From contig JANJWP010000021.1 of assembly GCA_024709505.1 (NCBI GenBank), positions 7,989 to 71,988 of the forward strand: 64,000 nucleotides of DNA, written 5' to 3'. Under the pieces are notes generated by a model. That model did not search any database. It saw only the letters and a program-made list of their open reading frames with translations, and was not told the DNA's origin. The DNA is from Candidatus Altimarinota bacterium (lineage in GTDB: Bacteria; Patescibacteriota; Gracilibacteria; BD1-5; UBA2023). Of the stretch, positions 48,431 through 59,830 are shown in pieces (the first letter of the stretch is position 1; every line of letters begins with the position of its first letter). Position numbers and translations under genes: made by a program.

Positions 48431-49333
48431 CTATCCGTTTTCGGTAATGATTCTCGCTTCTTCGGAAAGTTCGATTCCAAATTCTTCCGACACCCGAGAT
48501 TTAATCAAATCCCGCAGGGCGATAAGGTCTCGCCAATCGGCCCCTTGCGCGGCAAGGAAGAAATTGGCATGGAGGGTCGATACTTCGGCTCCGCCGATTT
48601 TCCACCCCTTCAATCCCGCCCGGTCGATGAGCGCTCCGGCACTCGCTCCCTCAGGGTTTTTAAAAAACGATCCGCACGTACGTCCGGCAGGCTGCTTCGC
48701 TCGCCGAAGTTCCCGAAATTCGGCGATTCCCATCGATTCGTAAGGATTTCCGGGGGCTCGCAGCGAGAGGTCGAACCTCGCTGAAACGACGAAGCGGTCG
48801 GTGCGGTTTTTCAGCGTGCTCTTGCGATAACCGAAAGCCATGTCCGGTTTCGAAAGGGTTTCGAGCCTTCCGTCGAAAACGTTCCACACGTCGGCGGTTT
48901 CGAAGACGTCGGCGGTTTCAAGACCGAAACATCCGGCATTTCCCACCACGGCGCCGCCGAACGTTCCGGGAAGGCCTATCCACGGAAGGAGCGCGGCATT
49001 CCCGCCGGTAGCGAGCACGAGCGCTACGGAGTGGACTTTTTCGGCCGAACCCGCCTCAAACCGGTTTTCCTCAAGACGACGGAAGCCCGGAATCGAATTT
49101 TTTACGAGAAGCCCGGGAAAGCGGTCGAACGCGAAAAGGCAATTGGTTCCGTCGCCCAAGTACGCCACGGGAAGTTCCGAAGCGTTGGCGGACGCAACGG
49201 CTTCGGAAAGGACGGGCAAATCGTCTTTCGATCGGACGTCGAAAAAAAAGGCGGTCCTCGCGGGCGTTTTAAAACCCGAGAACGCGGTTACGTCCCGTTC
49301 GGTTTCGACTCGTGAGAAAGGTGCGTTCTTCAT
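48431..49333 (-). CDS. murB: UDP-N-acetylenolpyruvoylglucosamine reductase
   Basis: Intact 300-aa ORF. YLGDGTNCLF, IPGTFGGAVVGNAGCFG, GRTCGSFFKNP, AGLKGWKIGGAEVS. Confidence 0.9.
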   Translation of the reverse strand: MKNAPFSRVETERDVTAFSGFKTPARTAFFFDVRSKDDLPVLSEAVASANASELPVAYLGDGTNCLFAFDRFPGLLVKNSIPGFRRLEENRFEAGSAEKVHSVALVLATGGNAALLPWIGLPGTFGGAVVGNAGCFGLETADVFETADVWNVFDGRLETLSKPDMAFGYRKSTLKNRTDRFVVSARFDLSLRAPGNPYESMGIAEFRELRRAKQPAGRTCGSFFKNPEGASAGALIDRAGLKGWKIGGAEVSTLHANFFLAAQGADWRDLIALRDLIKSRVSEEFGIELSEEARIITENG

Positions 49334-49377
49334 GATGGACGGAGGGTATCGAAGTTGGAGGCGAAATCAAACCGGAA

Positions 49378-52248
49378 CTATGCGATGGACGAATCGTATT
49401 TCGAAAGATACCGTTCAAGAGCTTTGGCCGTATGGGAAGCGGAAACTTTGGAGATATCGGCGGTTTTTCCCCAAAAAACGAGAGAACCTCCCGCATCCCC
49501 GCCCTCGGGACCGATGTCGATAAGGTAATCGGCATTGGCGATGACGTCCAAGTTGTGTTCGATCGCGATGACGGTATTGCCCTTCTCCACGAGACGGTCG
49601 AGGATGTCGAGAAGTTTGGCGACATCCGAAAAATGGAGGCCGGTGGTCGGCTCGTCGAGAATGTAGAGGGTTTTCGAGGTCGAACGCTTGGAGAGGTCGA
49701 ACGCGAGCTTGATGCGCTGGGCTTCGCCTCCGGAAAGGGTTGGGGCCGGTTGTCCGAGGGAAACGTACCCGAGCCCAACGTCAACGAGCACCTGGAGCAC
49801 TCGGGCGATTCGGGGAAACGCCCCGAAAAACGAGAGGGCTTCTTCCGAGGTCATCGAAAGCACTTCGGCAATGTTTTTTCCCTTGAATCGAACCTCGAGG
49901 GTTTCTTGGTTATAGCGGCTCCCCTTGCAAGCCTCGCATTCGACGTACACGTCCGGAAGGAAGTGCATTTCGATCTTTTTCACTCCGGAGCCTTCGCAAA
50001 TTTCACAGCGCCCACCCTTGGTATTGAACGAAAAACGTCCGGGGCCGTATCCGCGTTTTTTCGCTTCCAGGGACGAAGCAAAAACTTCGCGGACATGGGT
50101 AAAGAGCCCCGTATAGGTAGCGACGTTGGAGTGGGGCGTACGTCCGATGGGGGACTGATCGATGATGACGGCCTTGTCCAAGTTGTCCATTCATCGGACT
50201 TCCCGGCATTTTCCCGGATCCGAAAGGGGATTTTGACCGAAACTCCGGAGCACGCGGTTGGCGAGAACGTCCATGACCAGGGAGGATTTTCCCGAACCCG
50301 AAACGCCCGTAACCGCCGTGAACACTCCGAGGGGGATTTTTACGTCGAGGTCTTTTAGATTGTTTTCGCTCGCGCCTTCAATTTCGACGTATCAAGACGG
50401 AATGCGTTCGCGCTTGGGAAGAAGGACGCGCTTACGTCCCGACAGATACGCTCCGGTCTCACAATCGGAAGCACGTATTTCATCGTAGGTTCCGGAAAAA
50501 ACGATTTGCCCCCCGTGTTTTCCCGCGCCGGGACCGATGTCGATAATGTGGTCGGATGCCTTCATCACGTCTTCGTCATGCTCGACGACGATGACGGTAT
50601 TGCCAATTTCGGCGAGCTTCTTCAAATTCGCTATGAGGAGGTCGTTGTCCCGGGGATGAAGTCCAATGGACGGCTCGTCCAAAACGTAGATGATTCCCTC
50701 GAGCCGGGTTCCGATTTGGGTGGCGAGCCGGATACGCTGGGACTCTCCTCCGGAGAGGGTGTTTGCCCGACGGGAAAGCGTAACGTAATCAAGGCCGACC
50801 CCCGACAGGAATTCGAGCCGTTCAACGATGTTTTTCCGGATGTCTTTGACGATCTTTTCCCCGGAAACGGAAAACGAAAGGTTTTTAAAAAATTCGAGCG
50901 ACTTCCGGACCGAAAGATCGGAGAGTTCTCCGATATGGAGGTTTTCGATCTTTACCGAAAGGTATTCCCGCTTCAATCGGTATCCGTCGCATTCCGGGCA
51001 CGCGATTTCGGTAACGTATTGGGAAATGCGCTTCATATACGGATCCTCCGCTTCCGATTCGCGGTATCTCCGGGTCAAATTCGGAATCACGCCTTCGTAC
51101 TTGGTTTTGAAGGTTTTTTTCGTTCCGGAAGGATCTTTTTCGAATTCGTGAAGCAGTTCGTAGGTTTCACCAGGGGTTCCGTAAAGAACCTTCTCCTTCG
51201 ACTCCTTCGACAACTTGGAAAACGGAACGTCCATGTCTATTTTAAAGCGTTCGCACATGGCGGCGAGAATCGCCGTGTAATATGGGTGCGTCGTCCAAGG
51301 AAGTATTGCCCCCTCGGAAAGGGAGAGTTTGCGGTTGATGACGTTTTCTTCCAGAAAGGCGACTTCGGTTCAAAGTCCGTGGCAACGGAGACACGCGCCG
51401 TGATGCGAATTGAAGCTGAAATTCGAAATGGAGAGGTCGGGGATTTTATGGTCGCACTCGGGACAGGAACCTTTTTCCCGAAATCGAAAAACACTACCGG
51501 ACGAGAGATTTTTTAAAAAACATTCCCCCTCACCGGCCTTATACGCGAGCTCGACGCTGTCACGGAGGCGTTTTTTATATTCTTCGAACGCCTCATCCGA
51601 CCGGTCTTTAGCAACCAAGCGGTCAACTACGAGATAGGCGCGTTCATCCGGTTTCAGATCGGGTCCTTCAGCGTCACCAACCGAACAAAGCGTTTCGCCG
51701 ATCATGAATCGAACGAAGCCTTTTTCTAAAACTTCGGACGAAACGTCACAAAATGCGACCGAAGCATTTTTTTTAAAAAGGGGAGAGAGAAGGTAGATTT
51801 TTTCGCCGGGATTGGCCGAAAGGGCCGTTTCCACCACCGAAGAAACCGTATCCTTTTGAAGGGCGACCTCCGGATGGTCGGGACAATACGGAATTCCGAC
51901 GGTCGTAAAAAGCAACCGGTAAAAATCATAGATTTCCGTGATCGTTCCGACCGTCGAACGCGGATTGGAAGATACGGTTTTTTGATTGATGGAAATGGTT
52001 GGGGAAAGGCCCCGGATTTCGTCAACCTTGGTATCGTCGTTTATGGACGAGACGATCATTCTCGCGTAGGTCGAAAGGCTTTCGAGATACCGGCGCTGGC
52101 CTTCGGCATAGACCGTATCGAAGGCGAATGAGGATTTTCCGGACCCTGAAACGCCCGTGATTGTGACAAGCTTGTTTTTTGGAATCTTTACCCGGACGTT
52201 TTTGAGATTGTGGGTTTTGGCACCGATGACTTCGAGAAATTCGGACAT
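49378..52248 (-). CDS. uvrA: Excinuclease ABC subunit A
   Basis: Joins 51370..52248, 50392..51258 and 49378..50190 in one frame. TGA at 51372..51370, 50394..50392 and 50193..50191. [25 protein letters not shown][UGA], [29 protein letters not shown][UGA][41 protein letters not shown]. 956 aa. Confidence 0.95.
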
Positions 52249-52335
52249 GGGGAGAAATCGCGGGGAAAATCATCCGCCGGCAGGGCGGACGGACGAATCG
52301 GGAGTATACCCTTTTTTCGTCCGACGCGAAAAAAT

Positions 52336-52977
52336 TTATTCGCCCGATTCCGAAACGGCCGAAGGAGAAGAAAGAAAAAACCCGTAAAATTCCCGATTCC
52401 CGTTTTCTTCCAAGGCTTCGACGCAAGAAAGCGCGGTTGCCCCACTGGAAAGGACATCGTCAAAAAACACGACTGGAAGCCCCGAATACCGACCAGACCA
52501 AGAAGGAAGAAAAAATTTGTTCGACACGTTCGCCATTCGATGAACCGAATTTCCCCCGGCTTGGCGCGAACGCATCCAAGGGGTTTTCAATATCGGAACG
52601 GACGGAAGTCCGGCATATGTGGCAAACCGACCCGCCAAAAGCGCGGTATGGTCATATCCCCGCAAAAGGGTCCGGGAAAACGGCGAGGGCGGATAGGCGA
52701 CGAAGGCATTCTCCGGAACGGTCGTCCGGCAGATTTCAGCGAGTTTTCTGAGGGAAACGTCGAATTTATCAAGAGCCGAGCGTTCGGCCCGATATTTAAA
52801 CCGTTTCAAATCCCGGGCGAAATCTTCGGAATACGGATGTGCCGCGAAGGCCGCATGGAAAGGAAAATCCGGATATTCTTTCCGATAGATTTCCAAAACG
52901 TTCGAAAACGCTTTCGGATATGGGGGTTCCCAAACCGAAAACACGTCCTTTATCCAAGGAAAAAAAGCGGTTTTCAT
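52336..52977 (-). CDS. comF: ComF-family (phosphoribosyltransferase-like) protein
   Basis: Intact 213-aa [13 protein letters not shown], PRTase-type loop [21 protein letters not shown]. Lacks the N-terminal zinc finger. Confidence 0.7.
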   Translation of the reverse strand: MKTAFFPWIKDVFSVWEPPYPKAFSNVLEIYRKEYPDFPFHAAFAAHPYSEDFARDLKRFKYRAERSALDKFDVSLRKLAEICRTTVPENAFVAYPPSPFSRTLLRGYDHTALLAGRFATYAGLPSVPILKTPWMRSRQAGGNSVHRMANVSNKFFLPSWSGRYSGLPVVFFDDVLSSGATALSCVEALEENGNREFYGFFLSSPSAVSESGE

Positions 52978-53031
52978 TTCGAAAACGTATTCTTTCAGGA
53001 AAGGAAAACCAAAGAAAAACCAAAGAAAAAC

Positions 53032-54246
53032 CTACTTTCGGAGTCCGAGGTAGCTGACGAAGAAAAGGATGGAAAAACCGAGCGAGAGAAGGGAAACCTC
53101 CAAAATCGAATAGGCCGAAAAACGGACGAAATACCCAAAAAAACTTCAAAAGGCGAACAGGATGGCGGAAGCGAACAGAAAATGCCGGTCGTAAGCGTGG
53201 AAGGTCTTCCATTTCGCAACCGTGACGATTGCCAACGGGAATCCGAAAGAAAATGCAACGTAAGGGAAAAATCCCGATGCGGGACCCGGGAAAAAGGCTT
53301 GGAAATACAAAAACGCCGAAACGGCTAGAACGCTAGTTACCGAAAGGTAATTTTCGTATTTGGCATGGAGATAGGCTTGAAACGCTGAGACGAAAAACGC
53401 GTAAACGAGAATAAAGGCGTCAATCCCCTTCCAAAACGCGTAGGCGAAAACCGAAAGGACGCAGACATACGAAAACACCGCTCCGGCAAACGCGCCGACG
53501 GAGCGATATTCGCGAAGCTTTCGGATTCTTGTCAAACCGTCGAACACGGCGACCGCTTCCAAAAATAAAACGGACAAGAGTGCGTGGATTTCGTCCACGC
53601 CAAAAGCGCGGATAAAAAGGGCTACCGAAGCGGCATAAGCGTAAACGAGAAAAAACAGGTAGGCCGCGTTGCGCTCCCTTGACTCGGAGTACGAACCAAA
53701 AAGGACCACCGTTCAAAACGAAGCAAGGGAAAGGACGACGTTCGCAATGAACGTCGGATCCAAAGGAACCCCCGAAAAACACCGGTATGCCAAAAGTGAA
53801 AAATGCACCGCCGAAAATACGAACGCGTTGGAGCGGAAGATTTTCGACGCGACGTCGTGTTTCGGTCCGAACGCGAAAAAAAGGATTGCGGAACATACCG
53901 AAAGTGCCATGGTCAACCATCCGTAAACCGAAGAGGATGCCATTGCTAATGACGGGGCGAGCGAATAGGCAATTCCGTAGAGGGAAAGATAGAAAAGCGA
54001 AAATCCAAGATAGTACGTTCCGGATTTTAAAAACCGTATTGCTTGCCCCTTGGCTTCCGAAGCGATCTTGGAAGCGCCGATTCCATTTTCAGCATCCGAA
54101 GGGGGCTTCTTTTTAAAATCGAATGGTCCGAACGCGAAAAAGAAGGCCGCGCCAAGAATGACGAAAGCCGCCGATTCGGGAATGCGGTTGAAAAAATAAA
54201 AGACTGCCGCGAAAACGAGGTGAATAAAAAGAAAAAGGACGTACAC
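53032..54246 (-). CDS. Polytopic membrane protein (404 aa, at least 10 TM), hypothetical
   Basis: Joins 53713..54246 and 53146..53709, plus a tail, through TGA 53715..53713 and 53148..53146. TAG at 53034..53032. GTG start at 54246, 3 nt after the upstream TAA. No family recognised. Confidence 0.6.
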
Positions 54247-54249
54247 CGT

Positions 54250-55635
54250 TTAAAAATTAACCCCAAGAGCCGAGACGAAAAGGAACGCCACGGTTGAAAA
54301 TACTCAAAACGATCCCCAATTGCGAACTTGTTTGAAACAGAACGCTAAAAACGAAAGCGCGGCCAACGCGAAAACGAAACGGTGGGGGGATTCTTTTGAA
54401 AGCGCGAACGACGCAATCGGAAGATACGCCGAATAAAAGAGCGCGTACATAAAAAGGGAATACGTGAAAAAATCCCCGGTGGAACGACAGAGGAAAAAGA
54501 ACGATTCCGAATATTTCGATACCCCGCGCTTTAATTTCACGTAGGAAACCGACCGATTTTTAATTCGATTGCCAAGGAGTTCAATGTTTTGATCCACCAG
54601 TTTCCGTTTTACGAGAAGCCGTTCTTTTTTTTCTCCCTTCAACTTGAAAAAACCTCGCAGGAGTTCGCGGTTGATTTCGGTTTTTTTCGCTTCGTAAGCC
54701 TTAAGTTCACGAACATTTTTAAAATACAGAAATTCATTGGAAGAACTTTCCGCATTTCCAGAAGTTGGATTTCACCCCCCTTTTCCGGATAGGTAGTTTT
54801 CCCGAAACGTTTTCCAGAGGGTTTTTGCTTGAACGACAAAATCGTCTTCGGGAAGAACGATCCTTTTTCGCGAACCTATTTCCCGAAGGAGCACGTTGGT
54901 TTGCCCGAGAGCTTCTTTTTTTTCGGTAATGAAGCCTTTTTCGATGAGTTCAATTTCCAATTGTCCGATTCGGTCGAGGGCCGTTTCGCCTACAATTCTC
55001 AATTTATCCGGATTGGTGATGTTCTTCAATTGCCGGAGTTGGGTAGCCAATTCTTTCAACCGAAAAATCCGGTCTTCCGTGAATTTATCGGAATGACGGG
55101 CAAGAAGGAATTCGATTTTGACGACGATTTTTTCGATGAGCGCATGGTATTTCAATACTTGACGGGCAAGTACGGAAGTTGGATCATGGACTGCCGGATC
55201 GGCGTCCGGTCATTTTAAAGTCTGCGCCTCTTTCGACGGTTGGGATTTCTCTTTCGGTCCATGATCCTTAAATACCGCGTACATTTCGCGAATACGGTTG
55301 GTGAAGAATTTTTTTTCTTCCTCACTCGCTCCCGGATTGTCACAAATAGAAAGGACCTTGTAATGGAGATCGTCAACGAGTTTTATGTAGGCCTTGAAAG
55401 AATCTTGCGATTTTATTTGCCCGCTTTTCCGTTTCCCCTCGACTTCTATCTCAAAATAAAACGTTGAAAGAGAGGGATCTTCGTTCTTTTCCGAAGTTCA
55501 TTCCGTTTCGCGAATTTCGATAATGGCAAACCCCTGATTATGGAGTTCGGACTTCGCCTCCTCAAGCGTCGGTCTCGAAATGGAGAGCTCGACGCGTTGG
55601 CCGTTTTTCGAACATACCGCGATGAAATTTGCCAT
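54250..55635 (-). CDS. Hypothetical protein (461 aa): two small N-terminal beta-alpha-beta-like modules, a helical region and a C-terminal TM bundle
   Basis: Hand-stitched from ATG 55635 through TGA at 55500..55498, 55212..55210, 54774..54772 and 54306..54304 to TAA 54252..54250. It includes track ORFs 54772..55155 and 54304..54642. The N-terminus MANFIAVCSKNGQRVELSISRPTLEEAKSELHNQGFAIIEIRE resembles the extreme N-terminus of PilC/GspF proteins, and a second similar unit follows (FYFEIEVEGKRKSGQIKSQDSFKAYIKLVDDLHYKVLSI). The rest is not GspF-like. Confidence 0.55.
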
Positions 55636-55656
55636 GTTCTTAAAAATTCGGTGGGG

Positions 55657-55818
55657 TTATTTGGAAGTCCGGTTTTCAAGCGATTTCGCCACCAGGTCTT
55701 TAAGCTCTTTCGGATAGGTTTTCGCAAGATCGCCAACCATAGTAAGAACTTTGACGAATTCTTCCGGAGTAATGTTTCCGCGTTCGACGGAAAGGGATTC
55801 GTGAAATTTGTCGCTCAT
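55657..55818 (-). CDS. Small hypothetical protein (53 aa)
   Basis: MSDKFHESLSVERGNITPEEFVKVLTMVGDLAKTYPKELKDLVAKSLENRTSK. ATG 55818 is 3 nt after the upstream TAG. The TAA lies 21 nt before the next ATG. Below the track cut-off. Confidence 0.35.
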   Translation of the reverse strand: MSDKFHESLSVERGNITPEEFVKVLTMVGDLAKTYPKELKDLVAKSLENRTSK

Positions 55819-55821
55819 GCT

Positions 55822-56136
55822 CTATACGCTATCGAATAGGAAATTGGCGTTGTCCGCTTCTTTGGAACGTTCTTTTTTTTCCGCTTCCCGAATGGTTTTT
55901 ACGAACCCAATGCGTTTTTCACCATCGGCTACGATTCTTTTTCCTTCGGTATCATCCACGAAGGAGACAAGTCTTTGATAAAAAACCGAAAGCCCTTCCT
56001 CATCGAGAAGTTCCAGGGATTCAAGATATAAAAACCGTTGGGTTTCATCGATTTTCAAACCCTCAATAAGCTCCCGCAAGACGATTTTGCGTTCTTGTTT
56101 TTCACGGATTTTACGAAGGAGGTTTGAGAGAAACAT
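55822..56136 (-). CDS. Hypothetical protein (about 104 aa)
   Basis: Track ORF 55822..56163 trimmed to MFLSNLLRKIREKQ. Helical and charged. First gene of the minus-strand operon that begins at the AT-rich intergenic region. Confidence 0.45.
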   Translation of the reverse strand: MFLSNLLRKIREKQERKIVLRELIEGLKIDETQRFLYLESLELLDEEGLSVFYQRLVSFVDDTEGKRIVADGEKRIGFVKTIREAEKKERSKEADNANFLFDSV

Positions 56137-56477
56137 GGGAATCCATAACGTTCTTATGCGCAAGTATATCGGAAAACGAATGAATTCGCAATTTACAAAC
56201 GCGAGTTTGCGAAACTGACGGTGAAATAAGGATGAAGGATTCTTTTTCTTATTTATTATCTATTATGAATACTAGTTTTCATTCCAGGGGGCGGCAATCC
56301 TTTCATAGAGGGGTTTTCACTCCGTTTCATTTTACTTTCCTATTTTAAAAAACCTTAAATCTTCTTTTCTATACAAGGTTTCGGCGAACTTTTTGACAAT
56401 GTCGGAATGTGAATTGCGAAACCCGATTGACTTGTTTTGTCTCTGAAAATCCATAGAGTCTCACTTGTGCGTTCCGG

Positions 56478-57866
56478 ATGTCCGGGTTATTGACGGAGGT
56501 CTTCCGAAAATTCAAAAATTCCATGCATTTTTCAAAATCGAAACGTCTCATTTCCTCTTTGGCGGTAATCGCTTATTGCGTCGGAGTTCTTTCCGCTCCG
56601 TACGTAAAAACGGCGTTTGATCGATACGTATTCGATCATAACGTTTCCGAAATTCAAAAAAAGATCGTCGAATCAGGAGGTTCCGTTCGGGATTTGGGAA
56701 GGTTGAATGAGGCCTTTGCCATACTGCGCGACAATTACTACGGTTTCAATACCGTTTCCAACAACGATCTCGTTTCCGGGATGATTTCCGGAATGGTCGA
56801 AGCTTTAGGCGATCGTCACAGCGAATATTTTGATCTTGATGAAACGAAAAAATTCAACGAGGCAATATCCGGGGATTTTGAGGGTATTGGCGCCGTGGTT
56901 GATGAAAGCGAATTCGGAGTCGTCGTTAAACAGATTCTCGCCGGCTCTCCGGCAAAAGAGGCCGGAGTCCTTTCTTGAGACATCATTGCCAAAGCGGGGG
57001 GACATAAATTGGAATGATTGAGTTTGGGCGATGCCATCGAACATATCCGTTGACCGGCCGGAACGGTCGTGGAATTGGAGATTTTTCGAACGTGAGAGTC
57101 TGCGCCAATCCTGAAAGAAGTCACGAGAAGGAAGATTACGGTACCTTCGGTGCAAGGGGAAATGGTTGAATCGGACGGCGTGAAAATCGCCCACGTTACG
57201 CTTTCGATGTATGGTGAAAAAACCGCGATGGAATTTTTGAAAATCTACGCGGAATTGCGATCTCAAGGAGCTGAAGCCCTTATTCTTGACCTTCGGGATA
57301 ACGGAGGGGGGCTCCTTGAAACGGCGGTGAACGTGCTTTCGAATTTTATCGAAAGGGATAAAGTCCTCGTAACGACAAAAGAACGCAACCCATTTTTAAA
57401 TCGCTCGTATTTTTCTTACGGTCCCGGAGATATTTCGGTTCCGGTAGTGGTGCTCGTGAACGAAAACACCGCTTCGGCATCAGAAATTACGGCCGGAGCC
57501 CTGAAGGATTATGGAAAAGCTGTAATCGTTGGGGTAAATACGTATGGGAAATGATCGGTACAACAACCCTTTCCCCTCTCGGACGGAAGTGAAATGAAGA
57601 TCACCGTTGCCAAATGGTACACTCCTTTTGACCACGGAATCGACAAGGTGGGAATTAGCCCCGACGTTGTGGTTGAATTTCAGAAACAGGATTTTGAAAA
57701 TCGCTACGACCGGCAGCTCGAAGAAGCCAAAACGGTGGTGAAAAAGCTTTTAAAATCCGGTCGAGACCAAGTGCTTTCAGAATATTTTCAGCGAGCTCAA
57801 ACTGAAAAACAGGAACGAAAAAATGGAGGATCATCTTCTGGAAGTTTGCTCCAAAACGAAAAATAA
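56478..57866 (+). CDS. ctpA: C-terminal processing (S41) peptidase
   Basis: Joins 56478..56978, 57150..57554 and 57594..57866 in one frame. TGA at 56976, 57015, 57051, 57093 and 57552. PDZ: GIGAVV...[14 protein letters not shown][UGA][10 protein letters not shown][UGA][10 protein letters not shown]. Catalytic region: [32 protein letters not shown][UGA]SVQQ. Confidence 0.85.
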
Positions 57867-57877
57867 CCCCTGCTATC

Positions 57878-59125
57878 ATGGACATTTTTGACAAACTTCG
57901 ACGGCAAGACCCCGAAATCGCATCGGCAATAGATTCCGAAGAGCGGCGGCAAGAACTCGAAATCGAGTTGATCGCGAGCGAAAATTACGTTTCGGAGGCC
58001 GTTCTTGCCGCCAATGCCTCAGTCTTTACGAATAAGTATTCCGAAGGATATCCAGGAAAGCGTTACTATGCCGGACAAGCGAACGTCGATACAATCGAAA
58101 CCTTGGCCATAAACCGAGCAAAGGACCTTTTTGGAGCCGAATATGCCAATGTCCAACCCCTTTCCGGATCCCCGGCTAACCTTGCCGTGTATTTGGCACT
58201 CCTTTCTCCTGGAGACACCGTGCTTGGGATGAGTCTCGATCAAGGAGGGCACCTTTCACACGGTCACCCGCTCAATTTTTCGGGGCTCTTGTACCGAATC
58301 GTTTCTTATGGGCTGAACCGTGAAACCGAACGCATCGACATGGATGAAGTTGAACGGGTGGCAACGTTGGAAAAGCCGAAAATGATTATCGCCGGGTTTT
58401 CGGCGTATTCCCGGGATTTGGATTGGAAGCGCTTCCGGGAAATCGCTGACAAAGTCGGGGCCTATCTCATGGCCGACGTGTCCCATATTGCCGGATTGAT
58501 CGTTTCGGGTGTGCTCGAAAATCCAGTTCCGTATTGTGACGTAGTGACTACGACCACCCATAAAACCCTTCGCGGCCCCCGGGGAGCGCTCATTCTTTCG
58601 AAGGCTGAATTCGCCGACAAAATCGCCCGAGCGGTTTTTCCTGGGGTTCAAGGATGACCGCACGAACATACCGTTGCCGCCAAGGCCGTGGCTTTTTTGG
58701 AGGCCTCTACCCCCGAATTTCGGCAGTATGCCCGAAACGTCGTTAATAATGCCCGTGCGCTCTCAACGGAATTAATGGATCGAGGATTTCGCGTCATATC
58801 GGGAGGAACCGACAACCACCTATTCCTTCTCGACGTGTTTGGTTCGAAGGGGGTTACCGGAAAAGAAGCGGAAAAAGCGCTTGAGAAAGTGGGGATATCG
58901 GTCAACAAGAACATGATTCCGTATGATCCGCGAAAACCCCTCGATCCTTCTGGAATCCGAATGGGCACTCCGGCAGTTACGACCCGAGGAATGGGCGTGG
59001 ACGAAATGCGGATTATCGCGAGAATCGTGGAAGAAGCCGTTCTTATGAGGGATGATGAGTCTAAATTGTCGAAGTTGTCCGAAGAAGTCCGGGAACTTTG
59101 TAAAAAATTTCCTATTTACCAATAG
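57878..59125 (+). CDS. glyA: Serine hydroxymethyltransferase
   Basis: Joins 57878..58657 and 58688..59125 through TGA 58655..58657. [43 protein letters not shown][UGA][13 protein letters not shown] (family FPGxQGGP). Confidence 0.95.
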
Positions 59126-59128
59126 TCC

Positions 59129-59806
59129 ATGGGTCTCGAATCCGGAGATTTTTCCCTTGATTCCGACACGGGGATTGGGCAAGCCCCCGAGCAAGTTTCG
59201 GAAAAAGTCCGCGAACAAGCTTCTTCAAAAGCCCTCGCGGGGATTGCCCGTGCCCGAAAAGATGAGTCGAAAGGAAAAAAAGCCTCCGACCTCCTCACTT
59301 CGATCCTCGTCTCACTTCTTCGAAATCCCCGCTTCGATTCCCTTATCGATCCGGTCATGACCCTTTTACGGGCAAATGTCCCGGCAGCTTATGTCGTGGG
59401 AATTTTATCGCTCGTTTCGCAGGAAGCATCCTCGACCATACGGAAAACCTATGATCCGTCCCTTCCGCTTTTATCCTCGGAGCCCGCTTTCCAACCGGAA
59501 CGGACGCGTTTCGATCCTGACGCGCTTCCGAATGCTTTCCGCCTTCGAATAAACGAATGGATATCCGACATTTTCCTTGTTACCACCAAAGACCCCTCTT
59601 TCGTGCTCAGTAAGAAATTCCTCTCCGAAATGTCCGTTTCAAAAACCCGTGCGGCGTTCGTCGAATGCGCCGAAGCGACCATGGTGTTCTTTTTCGATTC
59701 CAAAAATATCGAGGTTTCTCCTGTTGAGGCGCGATCGCTTTCCGCCTTTCTTTTAAAGGAACTCGAATCAAGAGTCGCCAAACTGAATTTCAACGAAATT
59801 CCTTAA
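59129..59806 (+). CDS. Hypothetical protein (225 aa)
   Basis: Intact ORF starting 3 nt after glyA. No TGA, no recognisable motif, no obvious TM or signal. Confidence 0.5.
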   Translation: MGLESGDFSLDSDTGIGQAPEQVSEKVREQASSKALAGIARARKDESKGKKASDLLTSILVSLLRNPRFDSLIDPVMTLLRANVPAAYVVGILSLVSQEASSTIRKTYDPSLPLLSSEPAFQPERTRFDPDALPNAFRLRINEWISDIFLVTTKDPSFVLSKKFLSEMSVSKTRAAFVECAEATMVFFFDSKNIEVSPVEARSLSAFLLKELESRVAKLNFNEIP

Positions 59807-59830
59807 TTTCCTTTACTGGGATTGCTTCCG

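Noticed and set aside
49378-52248. uvrA, mfd, comM, comEC, ctpA and similar genes read as pseudogenes broken by nonsense mutations.
   Set aside because: All interruptions are TGA, all pieces stay in one frame, and the TGAs fall on conserved Gly positions, including catalytic P-loops. No TAA/TAG or frameshift lesions occur. Decay would produce a mix of lesion types.
56232-56348. 38-aa ORF (MKDSFSYLLSIMNTSFHSRGRQSFHRGVFTPFHFTFLF) in the AT-rich spacer.
   Set aside because: Its codon usage and composition are completely unlike the rest of the window. It has no convincing ribosome-binding site, and it lies in what looks like a divergent promoter region.
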